DNA of 53,127 bases from Thermoplasmata archaeon (GCA_041476045.1 JBGOSQ010000003.1:1-53127), one strand, 5' to 3'; positions 29,928-38,370 are shown, numbered from the stretch's first letter. Made by a program: numbers and translations. Notes: generated by a model not told the origin, from the sequence alone.

Positions 29928-30350
29928 ATGAAGCTAGGAATGACCGCAGCTGCCGCACTGATCGCCCTGACGATGGTGTTCGTCGCCGGAGGGGCGACGG
30001 CGTCGTCGATCCTCAACGGACCCGGCCCGCCGGTGGGATCCGCCCCACAGGTCCTGATGTACTTTGTGACGCTCGCCTCCGAGCCCGACCTGCAGGGCCC
30101 GGCCGCTCACTTCACACCGTACTACTCGCAGGCCCACCTCGGGCTCACCCAGATCATCCTGGTGAACCTGGACCGGACCCCCCACATCTACCAGCTCACG
30201 GGGACGCCGATGGTCTTCAGCGTCGGACCGTTCCACAGCTTCTCGGTGGTGACGTACCTCTCGCACCCGGGCGTGTACACGTGGACCGTGGTATTGCCCT
30301 ACCCCGGAGCCCCGTTCGGGGCGACGGTCGGACTGGTGGCGGTCCGTTAG
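29928..30350 (+). CDS. Secreted/anchored beta-rich protein, cupredoxin-like
   Basis: GAGGAGG RBS, signal peptide, VNLDRTPH and PGVYTW strands. Confidence 0.7.
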   Translation: MKLGMTAAAALIALTMVFVAGGATASSILNGPGPPVGSAPQVLMYFVTLASEPDLQGPAAHFTPYYSQAHLGLTQIILVNLDRTPHIYQLTGTPMVFSVGPFHSFSVVTYLSHPGVYTWTVVLPYPGAPFGATVGLVAVR

Positions 30351-30689
30351 AAGGCGGGCGGATCGTCGGCGGTCCCGTCGGTCTCGAGATGACGGGATCC
30401 GCCGAGCAGGAAGCCACTCGAGCGGCGACGACCGCGCCGCCGTACGCGCGCGTACCCCATCGGGGCTTTGGGACCGAACTCACCTTCAAGCAGTTCGGGA
30501 CTTGTTCTTTGGGCGCGGGACCGATTCGAGCCGGGGAATTGGAATGGGTCCCACAGCGCGATGCCAGGACTTTGGGATCGGATCAAGCTGCCGCGCTGAG
30601 GGCGGGACCACCCAGCAAGGCCCTCCCACCCGCCGGCTCCGGCCGTCCCCGCGCGGGGGAGCTAATGAAGAGAGGCGCGCCATTGGGTC

Positions 30690-31664
30690 GTGTTGCCCGG
30701 TAGCAAGACGATCGAATGGCTACTCGAAGAAGAGCAGCCGTCGGTTCGGTATCTAGCCCTGACCCAGCTTCTCCAGAGAAAGGCGGGCGATTCCGACGTC
30801 CGGGAGGCGAAGGCCAAAATTCCAAAGGCGGGGTGGGCCGCGGAAGTGCTTGCTCGCCGAGACCCGGCAGGTTGGTGGGTCCGAGACCGAGGATGGCTCG
30901 AGCCTCGTTTCTTGGGAACCCACTGGAACATGCTCGCACTGGCGGACCTCAGAGCCACGCGCGCCATCCCTGAGGTCAATCAATCCTGCGAATACTGGAT
31001 GGCCAAGTCTCCGCTCGAAGGCGGCGGCGTCGGAGGCTTCGGGAAGGGGAAAGGCCACCACTGCTACACTGCCAACATGGCCCGCGGCCTCGTTCGCCTC
31101 GGGTTCGAGGATGACCCCAGGGTCCGAAAGACGCTCGAATGGATCGTCCAGACTTCCCATCCGAAAGGAGGCTGGACCTGCCGATTCTCTACGGCGGGGC
31201 CAGCCCCCAGCCGGACCCTCGATGCATGGGAGGGATTGGGCGCGTTCGCCGCCTATCCTCGCTCGAAGTGGAGCCCTGCGATGCAGGCTTGCGTAGAGCG
31301 AAGTGCGGAGTACTATCTCGAGCACGAGCTCCACGTCCAGGGGGAGAGGTACGAACCGTGGTACCGCTTCCATTGGCCGGTTCACTACTACTACGACCTC
31401 CTGGTAGGGCTCGACTGTCTGACCGCCCTTGGATATGGGCGAGACCGCCGGCTCGGGTATGCGCTCGAGCTCCTGCGCAAGAAGCAGCGCCCCGACGGGA
31501 GATGGAATCTGGATGCAGATCAACCGGACCCCGATCCCGAGTCGGCCCGGTGGTTCGCGAAACATCCGGACAAACGACCGACGCCGCTGACGTTCGAGGT
31601 GGCAGGGCGAGCGAGCAAGATGATCACGCTTCGCGCGCTGACCGTGCTTTCACGCGTCGATTGA
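30690..31664 (+). CDS. Prenyltransferase/squalene-cyclase-fold (alpha/alpha barrel) conserved protein
   Basis: WLLEEEQPSVRY, QW-like repeats (HPKGGWTC, KQRPDGRW), YYYDLL, SKMITLRAL. Confidence 0.75.
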   Translation: MLPGSKTIEWLLEEEQPSVRYLALTQLLQRKAGDSDVREAKAKIPKAGWAAEVLARRDPAGWWVRDRGWLEPRFLGTHWNMLALADLRATRAIPEVNQSCEYWMAKSPLEGGGVGGFGKGKGHHCYTANMARGLVRLGFEDDPRVRKTLEWIVQTSHPKGGWTCRFSTAGPAPSRTLDAWEGLGAFAAYPRSKWSPAMQACVERSAEYYLEHELHVQGERYEPWYRFHWPVHYYYDLLVGLDCLTALGYGRDRRLGYALELLRKKQRPDGRWNLDADQPDPDPESARWFAKHPDKRPTPLTFEVAGRASKMITLRALTVLSRVD

Positions 31665-31830
31665 GCCCCTCCGTCCGATCGACCGGAAGAACGGGACGGG
31701 GTGCTAGACTCGCTGTCTGGTATCCCGCTCGTCAATGACTCGCATCGCGTCACGGGGGAGATCGCGAGACCCGGCCCTGAGCTTCTTTCGTCCGAGATGC
31801 CGAAGTGAAATCGCGGTCCCGCTTGGCACT

Positions 31831-31907
31831 GCTCCCCGAGCTCGAGACCAATTCGAGCGGGGGAGCGGGAGTGAGTCCCACCGCCCCCTACCGGGGCGGT
31901 GGGGCTC
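31831..31907. repeat. Two adjacent GC-rich inverted repeats
   Basis: 31831-31866 bulged hairpin; 31873-31907 15-bp stem (one G-U) with 5-nt loop. Confidence 0.75.
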
Positions 31908-32134
31908 GATCGCCCATCGGAGAGTACCCAGGACCATTGCACAATCCTGGGACTGAATCGGCCCGGGGTCTGAGCCCTTCCAACGCCAAGGCCGAAGTCC
32001 GGAGGGCACCGATGACCCGCAGCCGGAGTTGCTGCAGTCTCGGCAGCCTTCCTCCACTAAGGGCACGGTGTGCGTCGCAGTAGTGACGGCCCGCGGATAA
32101 CTCGTCTGGGCGTCATTCGCTCGGGCGATGTTGC

Positions 32135-32695
32135 GTGGAACCGTTGGTCACTTGGGCGCTCCGGAATCGGGTGCTGATCCGTTCCTCGCTCCGCAAACTG
32201 TTCGGAGTCTTCTGGGGTATTGATGGCGCTCTGAAACTCCTCCCACAGACCCCGTTCTGGTTCTCCGAGAGGGTCCTGGCCGCCAGCATCGGCCAACCGG
32301 CGTGGCTGGGCGGGTGGTTCGGATTCTGGGTCCAACAAGCCACCGACTACAGCGTCTTCGACGTCGACGTCGTCGCCGGCTTGGAATTCGCTCTCGCGTT
32401 CGCTCTCGTCGCTGGCTTCCTCCGCAAGTCGGCCTACATCGGCGGGATTGCTCTCAGTCTGCTGATCTGGGCGGTTCCGGAGGGATTCGGCGGGCCGTAC
32501 GAAACGGGTAGCTTCGACATCGGCACCGGGGTCGTCTATGCGATGGCGTTCCTGTTCCTGATCGCCCTCGAGATAAGTTCGGACGCCAACCGGGGCACCC
32601 TGGACGAGTTCTTCGAAAGACGAGTCTCCCGCTGGAGCGGCTGGGCTGAAGTGGTTAAGCAGACTCCGGCGTCAGGTCGGGGAGACGTCTCGTGA
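32135..32695 (+). CDS. DoxX/TQO-DoxD-like membrane protein
   Basis: LFGVFWGIDGALK, E..LAFAL..G, IWAVPEGFGGPY..G..DIG. Confidence 0.72.
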   Translation: MEPLVTWALRNRVLIRSSLRKLFGVFWGIDGALKLLPQTPFWFSERVLAASIGQPAWLGGWFGFWVQQATDYSVFDVDVVAGLEFALAFALVAGFLRKSAYIGGIALSLLIWAVPEGFGGPYETGSFDIGTGVVYAMAFLFLIALEISSDANRGTLDEFFERRVSRWSGWAEVVKQTPASGRGDVS

Positions 32696-33816
32696 CGAAC
32701 TGGGATCGCGTCCAGAAGCAGCGGAGCCGCGGTCGGTCCTGGTCTCAGATCGCCGACGATCCGAAGGTGGAGTTCGACCCGCCGGCCGGGAGCGCTTCGG
32801 GTCGGGCCCTCAAGGCCCTTTACTTCCAGCGAAAGGCGAGAGGGAATCGACTCGGCGGGACGGGGCGATCGGGGAAAGACGACGCGCCGGCCGCCGGACT
32901 CGTCTTCGGGACACGTCGCCGGATCTTGGTGCTGGGGGTCGCGGCCCTCCTCGTCGTCTCTGCGCTGACCTATGTCGTCGTCTTTCTGCCGCAGGGATTG
33001 GGAACCAACGTCGTCACTTACTGTGGTGGGGAAGGGAGCGGGGCCCACTACCACCCCCTTCTCGTGGTCGACCTCAACGGCGTTCAGCAGCCCCTTCCGT
33101 ACGATCCGAGCCAATCGGCCGGTATCGGGGTCATCAACTCGCCTATCTACACGAACCCGGCATTGTACTGTCCCGCGACCGCCTCTGGCCAGGGAATGCA
33201 TGCACTCCACACGCACTCGGGTTCGGGGATCATCCATGCGGAACTGCCCGTGGGGGTCCGGGCGACGCCCACTCTCGGGGATTTCTTCGAGGTCTGGGGG
33301 CAACCGCTCGATCACTCCTCGGTCTGGTCCTTCTCTGGGGTAGTCTCCGCGACGATGCTCGACATGGACACCGGAGAACGGACCGACTACTCGTCGAGTC
33401 CTGGGTCGATCCCCCTGTACGCCCCTGCGGCGGGACCGAAAGCGAATCCGTTCCCTCTCCCTCCGTCGCTCTCGTTCAACGGCCAGTACGGCGATGGTCA
33501 GCCGGGGGAGATGTTCTCCGGGGAGATCGTCTGGCTCAATGTTTCGACCACCCCCAACATGATGTCGACGAACATGGCGTGCGACTGCAGCGCGGTTCCG
33601 TGCCTCCGGGCCGACCGTTACCCGGCTCTGGACCAGGTTGCTTCGAAGCTCCCAGCCCGCGATCGGTCGCCGACCACTCCCGCCGAGAGACTGCAGGCAG
33701 GCGAGCTTCGAACCGTCCTCCCATCTTCGCTGCACTCGTTTGAGCGATCGAGCTTCCCTGTGAGGGCTGGGTCGGGCGACGACCGCCCGTCGGGCGGAGC
33801 CCGTGCCCTAATCTAG
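32692..33816 (+). CDS. Hypothetical single-pass membrane protein: HTH-like N-terminus, TM, His-rich external domain
   Basis: GTGA overlap with the previous gene; HYH, HALHTH..SGIIHAE, TLGDFFEVWG motifs. Confidence 0.75.
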   Translation: MTNWDRVQKQRSRGRSWSQIADDPKVEFDPPAGSASGRALKALYFQRKARGNRLGGTGRSGKDDAPAAGLVFGTRRRILVLGVAALLVVSALTYVVVFLPQGLGTNVVTYCGGEGSGAHYHPLLVVDLNGVQQPLPYDPSQSAGIGVINSPIYTNPALYCPATASGQGMHALHTHSGSGIIHAELPVGVRATPTLGDFFEVWGQPLDHSSVWSFSGVVSATMLDMDTGERTDYSSSPGSIPLYAPAAGPKANPFPLPPSLSFNGQYGDGQPGEMFSGEIVWLNVSTTPNMMSTNMACDCSAVPCLRADRYPALDQVASKLPARDRSPTTPAERLQAGELRTVLPSSLHSFERSSFPVRAGSGDDRPSGGARALI

Positions 33817-33891
33817 GCCCCATCCCTTGGTACTTGGACCAAACCGAGCGAGGGACCTGGAGTGGAGCCAACAGCTCGCCATCGAGATAGA

Positions 33892-33942
33892 TTTATAGCC
33901 CTCGCCGACATATGTCAGACAAAGACAGTAATCTTGTCTGAC
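33892..33942 (+). promoter_or_regulatory. TATA box plus inverted-repeat operator of the RHH-ftsZ operon
   Basis: TTTATAG at 33892; GTCAGACAA(33914)-N11-TTGTCTGAC(33942) directly before ATG 33947. Confidence 0.7.
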
Positions 33943-33946
33943 GAAC

Positions 33947-34315
33947 ATGGCGGACACTTCCGAGCGAGTGACGGTCCGGATCCCCCAGGACCTGATGGAG
34001 AAGCTCAAGCGCATCCAGGAGGCAAAGAACACTCCCACGATCTCCGACACGATCCGGGAAGGGCTCGAGCGATACATCGAGATGAACCTCCCACCGCCGA
34101 ACATTCGCAAGGTGATCGTCGACCTCTCTCGGCAGGACAACCACCAGCTCGAGGAGTTCGTCCGCGAGGGAAATTCCGTCTCCGTCGATGACGCCGTGCG
34201 CTCGGCGGTGCGCGAGTACATCCGATCCCGACTCGACACGCTCCCTTCTCCCTCCGGCCGACCCCGTCGTGAGGGAGATTCGGTCGCCGAGGCCGCAGGC
34301 CCTCCACCCCGCTAG
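33947..34315 (+). CDS. Tandem ribbon-helix-helix regulator (CdrS-like)
   Basis: ERVTVRIP...ISDTIREGL and KVIVDL...SVDDAVRSAVREY; immediately upstream of ftsZ. Confidence 0.85.
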   Translation: MADTSERVTVRIPQDLMEKLKRIQEAKNTPTISDTIREGLERYIEMNLPPPNIRKVIVDLSRQDNHQLEEFVREGNSVSVDDAVRSAVREYIRSRLDTLPSPSGRPRREGDSVAEAAGPPPR

Positions 34316-34330
34316 GCCCGAGGGGCCGCG

Positions 34331-35362
34331 ATGGACGACGACGCACTCGCGCGGTGGTCGGCGATCGCCCCGAAGAGCAGCTTCGCCGTTGTGGGCCTGG
34401 GCGGAGCCGGGGGCGATGCGGTCCACGACCTGGTGGAGCTCGGGATCCCCGGCGTCCGTGCCTTCGCGATCAACACCGATGCCAAGCATCTCCTGAGCAA
34501 ACCCATCGAGGAGCGGATCCTGCTCGGCCAACGTCAGCTCCGCGGTAAGGGGAGCGGCGGGAACCGCGCCTTCGTCCTTGAGGCGGCCGAGGAGGCGAAG
34601 GAGGAGCTCGTCCGGCGGTTGCGCCGGTTCGAGATCGTCTTCCTCCTGGCGGGACTCGGCGGCGGCACCGGGAGCGCGCTCCTTCCGTACCTCGCGCGGG
34701 CGCTCCGCGAGACCGATGCTCTCCCTGTACCGGTCGCCTTTCTCCCCTTCCACGTCGAGCTCGATTCCAACTCCGACCGGCGCGAGAACGTCGCCGCCAC
34801 CTTGGAGGAGCTCGAGGGGATGGGCGGACTCCTCCTCGCGCTCTCGAACGAGCGACTCCGGCGCTTCGACTCCCTGCCCCTCCACCGCGTTTTCCACGTC
34901 CGGAACACCTACCTCCACAACCTCGTCACGAGCCTCGTCGATATGGTGGAGAACCCGAGCCAGCTCAACGTCGATCTCTCGAGCCTCAAGACCCACCTGC
35001 GCGACGCCGGTCTCTCGACGCTGCTCTGCAGCGAGCACCACGTGACGGAGCCGGAACGACTGGTCCAGCAGGCGCTCACCGAGACCCTCCTCGATTTCAC
35101 CCTCACCGGGGCGCCGTCGGCGCTGGTCCACCTGGACGGCGGATCCAACTTCACTCTCAAGGCGTTCGAGCGCGTCCTGCGCTCGCTCCGCCACCAGCTC
35201 AACGAGCCGAAGCGCCTGATCTTCGGCACCCGGATGCACCCCGAACGGCGCGACGTCGTCCGGCTCACCGCGGTCGTCGGCGGACTCGGCCACCGGACCC
35301 TCCGCCAGAGCCTCGACAGCGCCCAGGACGCGGCCTCCGCCGACCTCCCGATGGTCCGCTAG
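34331..35362 (+). CDS. ftsZ: Divergent FtsZ (FtsZ2-like)
   Basis: VVGLGGAG, AINTD, AGLGGGTGS, PFHVE, NVD, ALVHLDGG. Confidence 0.88.
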   Translation: MDDDALARWSAIAPKSSFAVVGLGGAGGDAVHDLVELGIPGVRAFAINTDAKHLLSKPIEERILLGQRQLRGKGSGGNRAFVLEAAEEAKEELVRRLRRFEIVFLLAGLGGGTGSALLPYLARALRETDALPVPVAFLPFHVELDSNSDRRENVAATLEELEGMGGLLLALSNERLRRFDSLPLHRVFHVRNTYLHNLVTSLVDMVENPSQLNVDLSSLKTHLRDAGLSTLLCSEHHVTEPERLVQQALTETLLDFTLTGAPSALVHLDGGSNFTLKAFERVLRSLRHQLNEPKRLIFGTRMHPERRDVVRLTAVVGGLGHRTLRQSLDSAQDAASADLPMVR

Positions 35363-35979
35363 GGTGGGGCGCGGGCTCGGAGCGCTTCGCGGCGATCGTA
35401 GTGGTTCTGCAGCACGTCGATGCACTGCGAGGCGCGCATCGACCGGGGGCCTAAGGAGACGCGCGGGACTGCGAGACGGGCGAGCAGGGCCTCCTCCTCG
35501 GGAGCGGGGCCGTACGGGTCGCAGAGGACCGCGGCGAAGTCCCCAGCGGCATCTGCGCTCTCCTCGAGAGGTGCCCCGTCCTCGGTCAGCCAGATCGCCC
35601 CAGGCTGAGCGACGAACTCCGTGATCTCCCGCGATGGGTCGGAGGGTCCCACGAGGATGCCCGGAGAGGACTCGACGTCGTACTCGGCGGGGATGCCCCG
35701 GACCAGGGCGTTCTTGAGGAGCGCCGCGGTCGATCGCTCGTCCGGGTTGAGGTGGCGAAGCCGTTCCCCGATCAACCTCAGGTGACGGGGTCCCGGCGGG
35801 CGGTCGGAGGCGAAAAGGATCGTCATTTCGGTGTCACGTCGGAGGTCGTTCGAGAGGAGGAACCCGGTCGAGACAGACCGCGCCACCTCGTCGATCCGGC
35901 CGCCACCGCCGGCGAGGTCGTTCAACGTGAACTGGCCCCCCGTCGGGACCCGATGGGCCAGGAGAAGGAACCGGCGCAT
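35359..35979 (-). CDS. trmY: tRNA (pseudouridine54-N1)-methyltransferase
   Basis: MRRF, FTLNDLAGGGGRID, LSNDLRRD, LNPDERSTAAL, VSLGP SPOUT end. Confidence 0.9.
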   Translation of the reverse strand: MRRFLLLAHRVPTGGQFTLNDLAGGGGRIDEVARSVSTGFLLSNDLRRDTEMTILFASDRPPGPRHLRLIGERLRHLNPDERSTAALLKNALVRGIPAEYDVESSPGILVGPSDPSREITEFVAQPGAIWLTEDGAPLEESADAAGDFAAVLCDPYGPAPEEEALLARLAVPRVSLGPRSMRASQCIDVLQNHYDRREALRARAPP

Positions 35980-36042
35980 CGGTGAGCCCTACGGCCCAGA
36001 ACGGATACGGTTAGCGAGCGGCGGCGGGCGGCCCGACGCGAG

Positions 36043-36708
36043 TTATACGTCAGGTCCGAGCTTGTGGCGGCCCGGGCGGCTCGGGGGCGCGGGCGCAGCG
36101 GCGGCGGGGGTCCGGCGGCGTTCCAGCCAGATCTCGTCACCGAGGTCGTGGTAGATCGCGTGGGCGGCGAGGCCGGTGCCGTGCTCGCCGTGGGGGAGGT
36201 GGAAGCCGCCCGACCGGGCGGCGTTCGCCGAGTAGACGATGTCCGTCTCGCCCGCCTCGGCCATCGCCTGGGCCTCCTCGCGGGCCAGGTCGAAGATTCT
36301 GTCCTTGCGGAACATCCAGTAGTGGATGCGCCACTCGCGGCCGTCGTAGAGGGTCGTCTCGTCGCGCTCGGTCTCGAGGATGCCCGTGTCCTCGAGCATG
36401 TAGAACGTGTCCCGGTCGTCCGGCTCCAACACGTTGTCGATGATCCGTTCGTTGAACCCGAAGAAGTTCAGGACGTGGGCGGCGATCGCGCGAGCGTCCT
36501 CGGGACGCATCCCGTCGTGGCCCACCGATCGACGGATCGCCTTCGCGAGGGAGTCGTGATCGACCGGGCCCGCCACCGCGAGGGCGGCGTCCGCCGGGAT
36601 GCCCACCCGTGTGATGGAGACGTCCTGGGCGGTCCGGAGGGGTACCGGGTTGCGGAGGGTGTACGGCTTGCCTGCCGACGGACGAAGTGGGGGGCCGTTC
36701 CGCTCCAT
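36043..36708 (-). CDS. Conserved Thermoplasmata protein (DUF6015-like)
   Basis: LNFFGFNERIIDNVLEPDDRDTFYMLEDTGIL...LYDGREWRIHYW; CTTTATAC box at 36731-36738 on the minus strand. Confidence 0.8.
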   Translation of the reverse strand: MERNGPPLRPSAGKPYTLRNPVPLRTAQDVSITRVGIPADAALAVAGPVDHDSLAKAIRRSVGHDGMRPEDARAIAAHVLNFFGFNERIIDNVLEPDDRDTFYMLEDTGILETERDETTLYDGREWRIHYWMFRKDRIFDLAREEAQAMAEAGETDIVYSANAARSGGFHLPHGEHGTGLAAHAIYHDLGDEIWLERRRTPAAAAPAPPSRPGRHKLGPDV

Positions 36709-36822
36709 GGGTAATCAATTCCTAGGCGGCGTATAAAGACCTTCGCGCCCCCGTCTGTCGCGCGCTGTATATCGTGGGAATCGCCCCGCCACCCCCTCCT
36801 ATGGGTGGGGGGTCGGAAATGG

Positions 36823-37398
36823 TCACCGGGAGCGCCTTCCGACGTGCTGGAGGGCCTCGATACGGGGCCGCCACTCCTCGGACTCGACCCGGTCCTCGAG
36901 CGCCGCCAGGGCGTCGAAGTTCGCGCCGAGCGGCAGGACCGATCGGGTCAGGTAGACGTGGGCCAGACCCCCGGTCGATGGCCCGTTCCAGCCCCGCGCG
37001 GTCCTCTCGCGCGCCCGGAACTCGTAGTACTCGGGCGCAGGGACGATCCACATGATCCCGTCGTCCGTCGCTTTGACCCCCGAGGGGCCTCGCAGGCGGG
37101 TCTGGAGCCCCAGGTGCTCGATCACGGGGGCGGGGAGGCTGAACAGGAACTTCGAGGAGACCCTGGCCGGGGCGACGTACCGGTTGCGGATCGTCTCGAT
37201 GCCCAGCAGTTCACCGGCAGCGAACGAGGCGACGACCCGAACGATCCCCGGCCCGCGGGCCAGGAACGAGATCCCCCGCGCCGGCGAGCGCATTCCCTGC
37301 ACGTCGCCCGGGCGGAACTGGATCAGCTCGGCCACCTCGACCGGGAGCTGGACCGAGAGGTACGTCGGATGCAACGCCCGGACGACGACGTACTCCAT
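36823..37398 (-). CDS. Hypothetical protein with two AbrB/MraZ-like motifs
   Basis: LSVQLPVEVAELIQFRPGD and ARVSSKFLFSLPAPVIEHLGL. Confidence 0.65.
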   Translation of the reverse strand: MEYVVVRALHPTYLSVQLPVEVAELIQFRPGDVQGMRSPARGISFLARGPGIVRVVASFAAGELLGIETIRNRYVAPARVSSKFLFSLPAPVIEHLGLQTRLRGPSGVKATDDGIMWIVPAPEYYEFRARERTARGWNGPSTGGLAHVYLTRSVLPLGANFDALAALEDRVESEEWRPRIEALQHVGRRSR

Positions 37399-37410
37399 CG
37401 ATGCCGGCCG

Positions 37411-38115
37411 TCACACGCGGCTCGAGGTATTTGAACTGTGAGCGGCGGGCCCGGCAGCTTCCACGACGCGACGCGGCCCGAGCCGCTCGAGGACCGGTAG
37501 AATCGCGGCGCGGGAGCTGTCGCGAACGACCGCGTCCGCGCGCGCCTCGACGTCGGGCAGGGGGGAGTTGAAGGCGATCCCTGCCCCGACAATCGGGAAC
37601 AGGGCCGCGTCGGCCCATCCGTCCCCGACGTGGGCCACGGCGCTCGGGGCGATCCCCCACTTCTGCTCGAGCCGGAGCAGCCCGGACCGCTTGTCGGCGA
37701 GTGCGGGCCCGCTGTCGACGATCCGGTCGTGCTCGAGGCGGGTGCCGTCGGTCCCCTCGGCCGCGTCGAACCCGAAGTTCCGGACGTACCAATCGCAGAC
37801 GTAGGTCGGGTTGTGCGTCAAGAGCGCCACCCGGATACCGCGGTCCTGGAGCGCCTCGAGCGTCTCGGGGATCCCGTCGACGAGAGGCGTCACGGCGAGC
37901 ACCTGCTCCACCTCGGCGATCGAGCGTCCCACCGCGATATCGAGCAGATTCTTGAGGTGGCGATCCTCGCCGGTCCGGTGGGCGAAGAACTCGCGGTTCG
38001 ACGCGTCGTACTCCGCCTCCTTGCCGAAGGCGCGGGCGAGGAGGCGCCAGCCGTGAACCCGCGTCAACGTGCCGTCGAGGTCGACGGTGACGAGGCGGTA
38101 CGGCAGGTCGACCAT
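37411..38115 (-). CDS. HAD-IB phosphatase (phosphoserine phosphatase-like)
   Basis: DLDGT, LLTHN, K, VGDGWAD. Confidence 0.9.
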   Translation of the reverse strand: MVDLPYRLVTVDLDGTLTRVHGWRLLARAFGKEAEYDASNREFFAHRTGEDRHLKNLLDIAVGRSIAEVEQVLAVTPLVDGIPETLEALQDRGIRVALLTHNPTYVCDWYVRNFGFDAAEGTDGTRLEHDRIVDSGPALADKRSGLLRLEQKWGIAPSAVAHVGDGWADAALFPIVGAGIAFNSPLPDVEARADAVVRDSSRAAILPVLERLGPRRVVEAAGPAAHSSNTSSRV

Positions 38116-38118
38116 CGG

Positions 38119-38370
38119 CTAGCGATCGGTCCTGCGCGCACCGGCGGAGCTTCCGAGCAGGATGCCGCCCACCCAGACCGTGACGAGCGCGAGGCCCAGG
38201 ATCGGGAGGGTCCCGGCGAGCGCGCCCGGGGTCGAGGGAAGGAGCCCGGCCGAGAAGAAGAGTCCCGCGAGCGTGAGGAAGAGCCCGCCGAGAACGCGCC
38301 GCTGCCGGCGGATCCGGCGACGGTCCTCCTCCGGGGTGAGGACCACGGGAGGGGCGGGAGGACGGAACAT
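38119..38370 (-). CDS. Small 2-TM membrane protein
   Basis: Two hydrophobic helices; TTAA box near 38396; 3 nt before the HAD gene. Confidence 0.65.
   Translation of the reverse strand: MFRPPAPPVVLTPEEDRRRIRRQRRVLGGLFLTLAGLFFSAGLLPSTPGALAGTLPILGLALVTVWVGGILLGSSAGARRTDR

Noticed and set aside
30516-30556. Hairpin GGGACC...GGTCCC followed by ACA, suggesting an H/ACA guide
   Set aside because: Too short, with no clear pseudouridylation pocket or K-turn
30635-30672. GCTCC...GGAGC-TAATGA resembling the 3' half of a fluoride riboswitch
   Set aside because: The 5' GGNGAUGG element and the pairing CRCCU segment are absent, and there is no crcB/fluoride-related gene downstream
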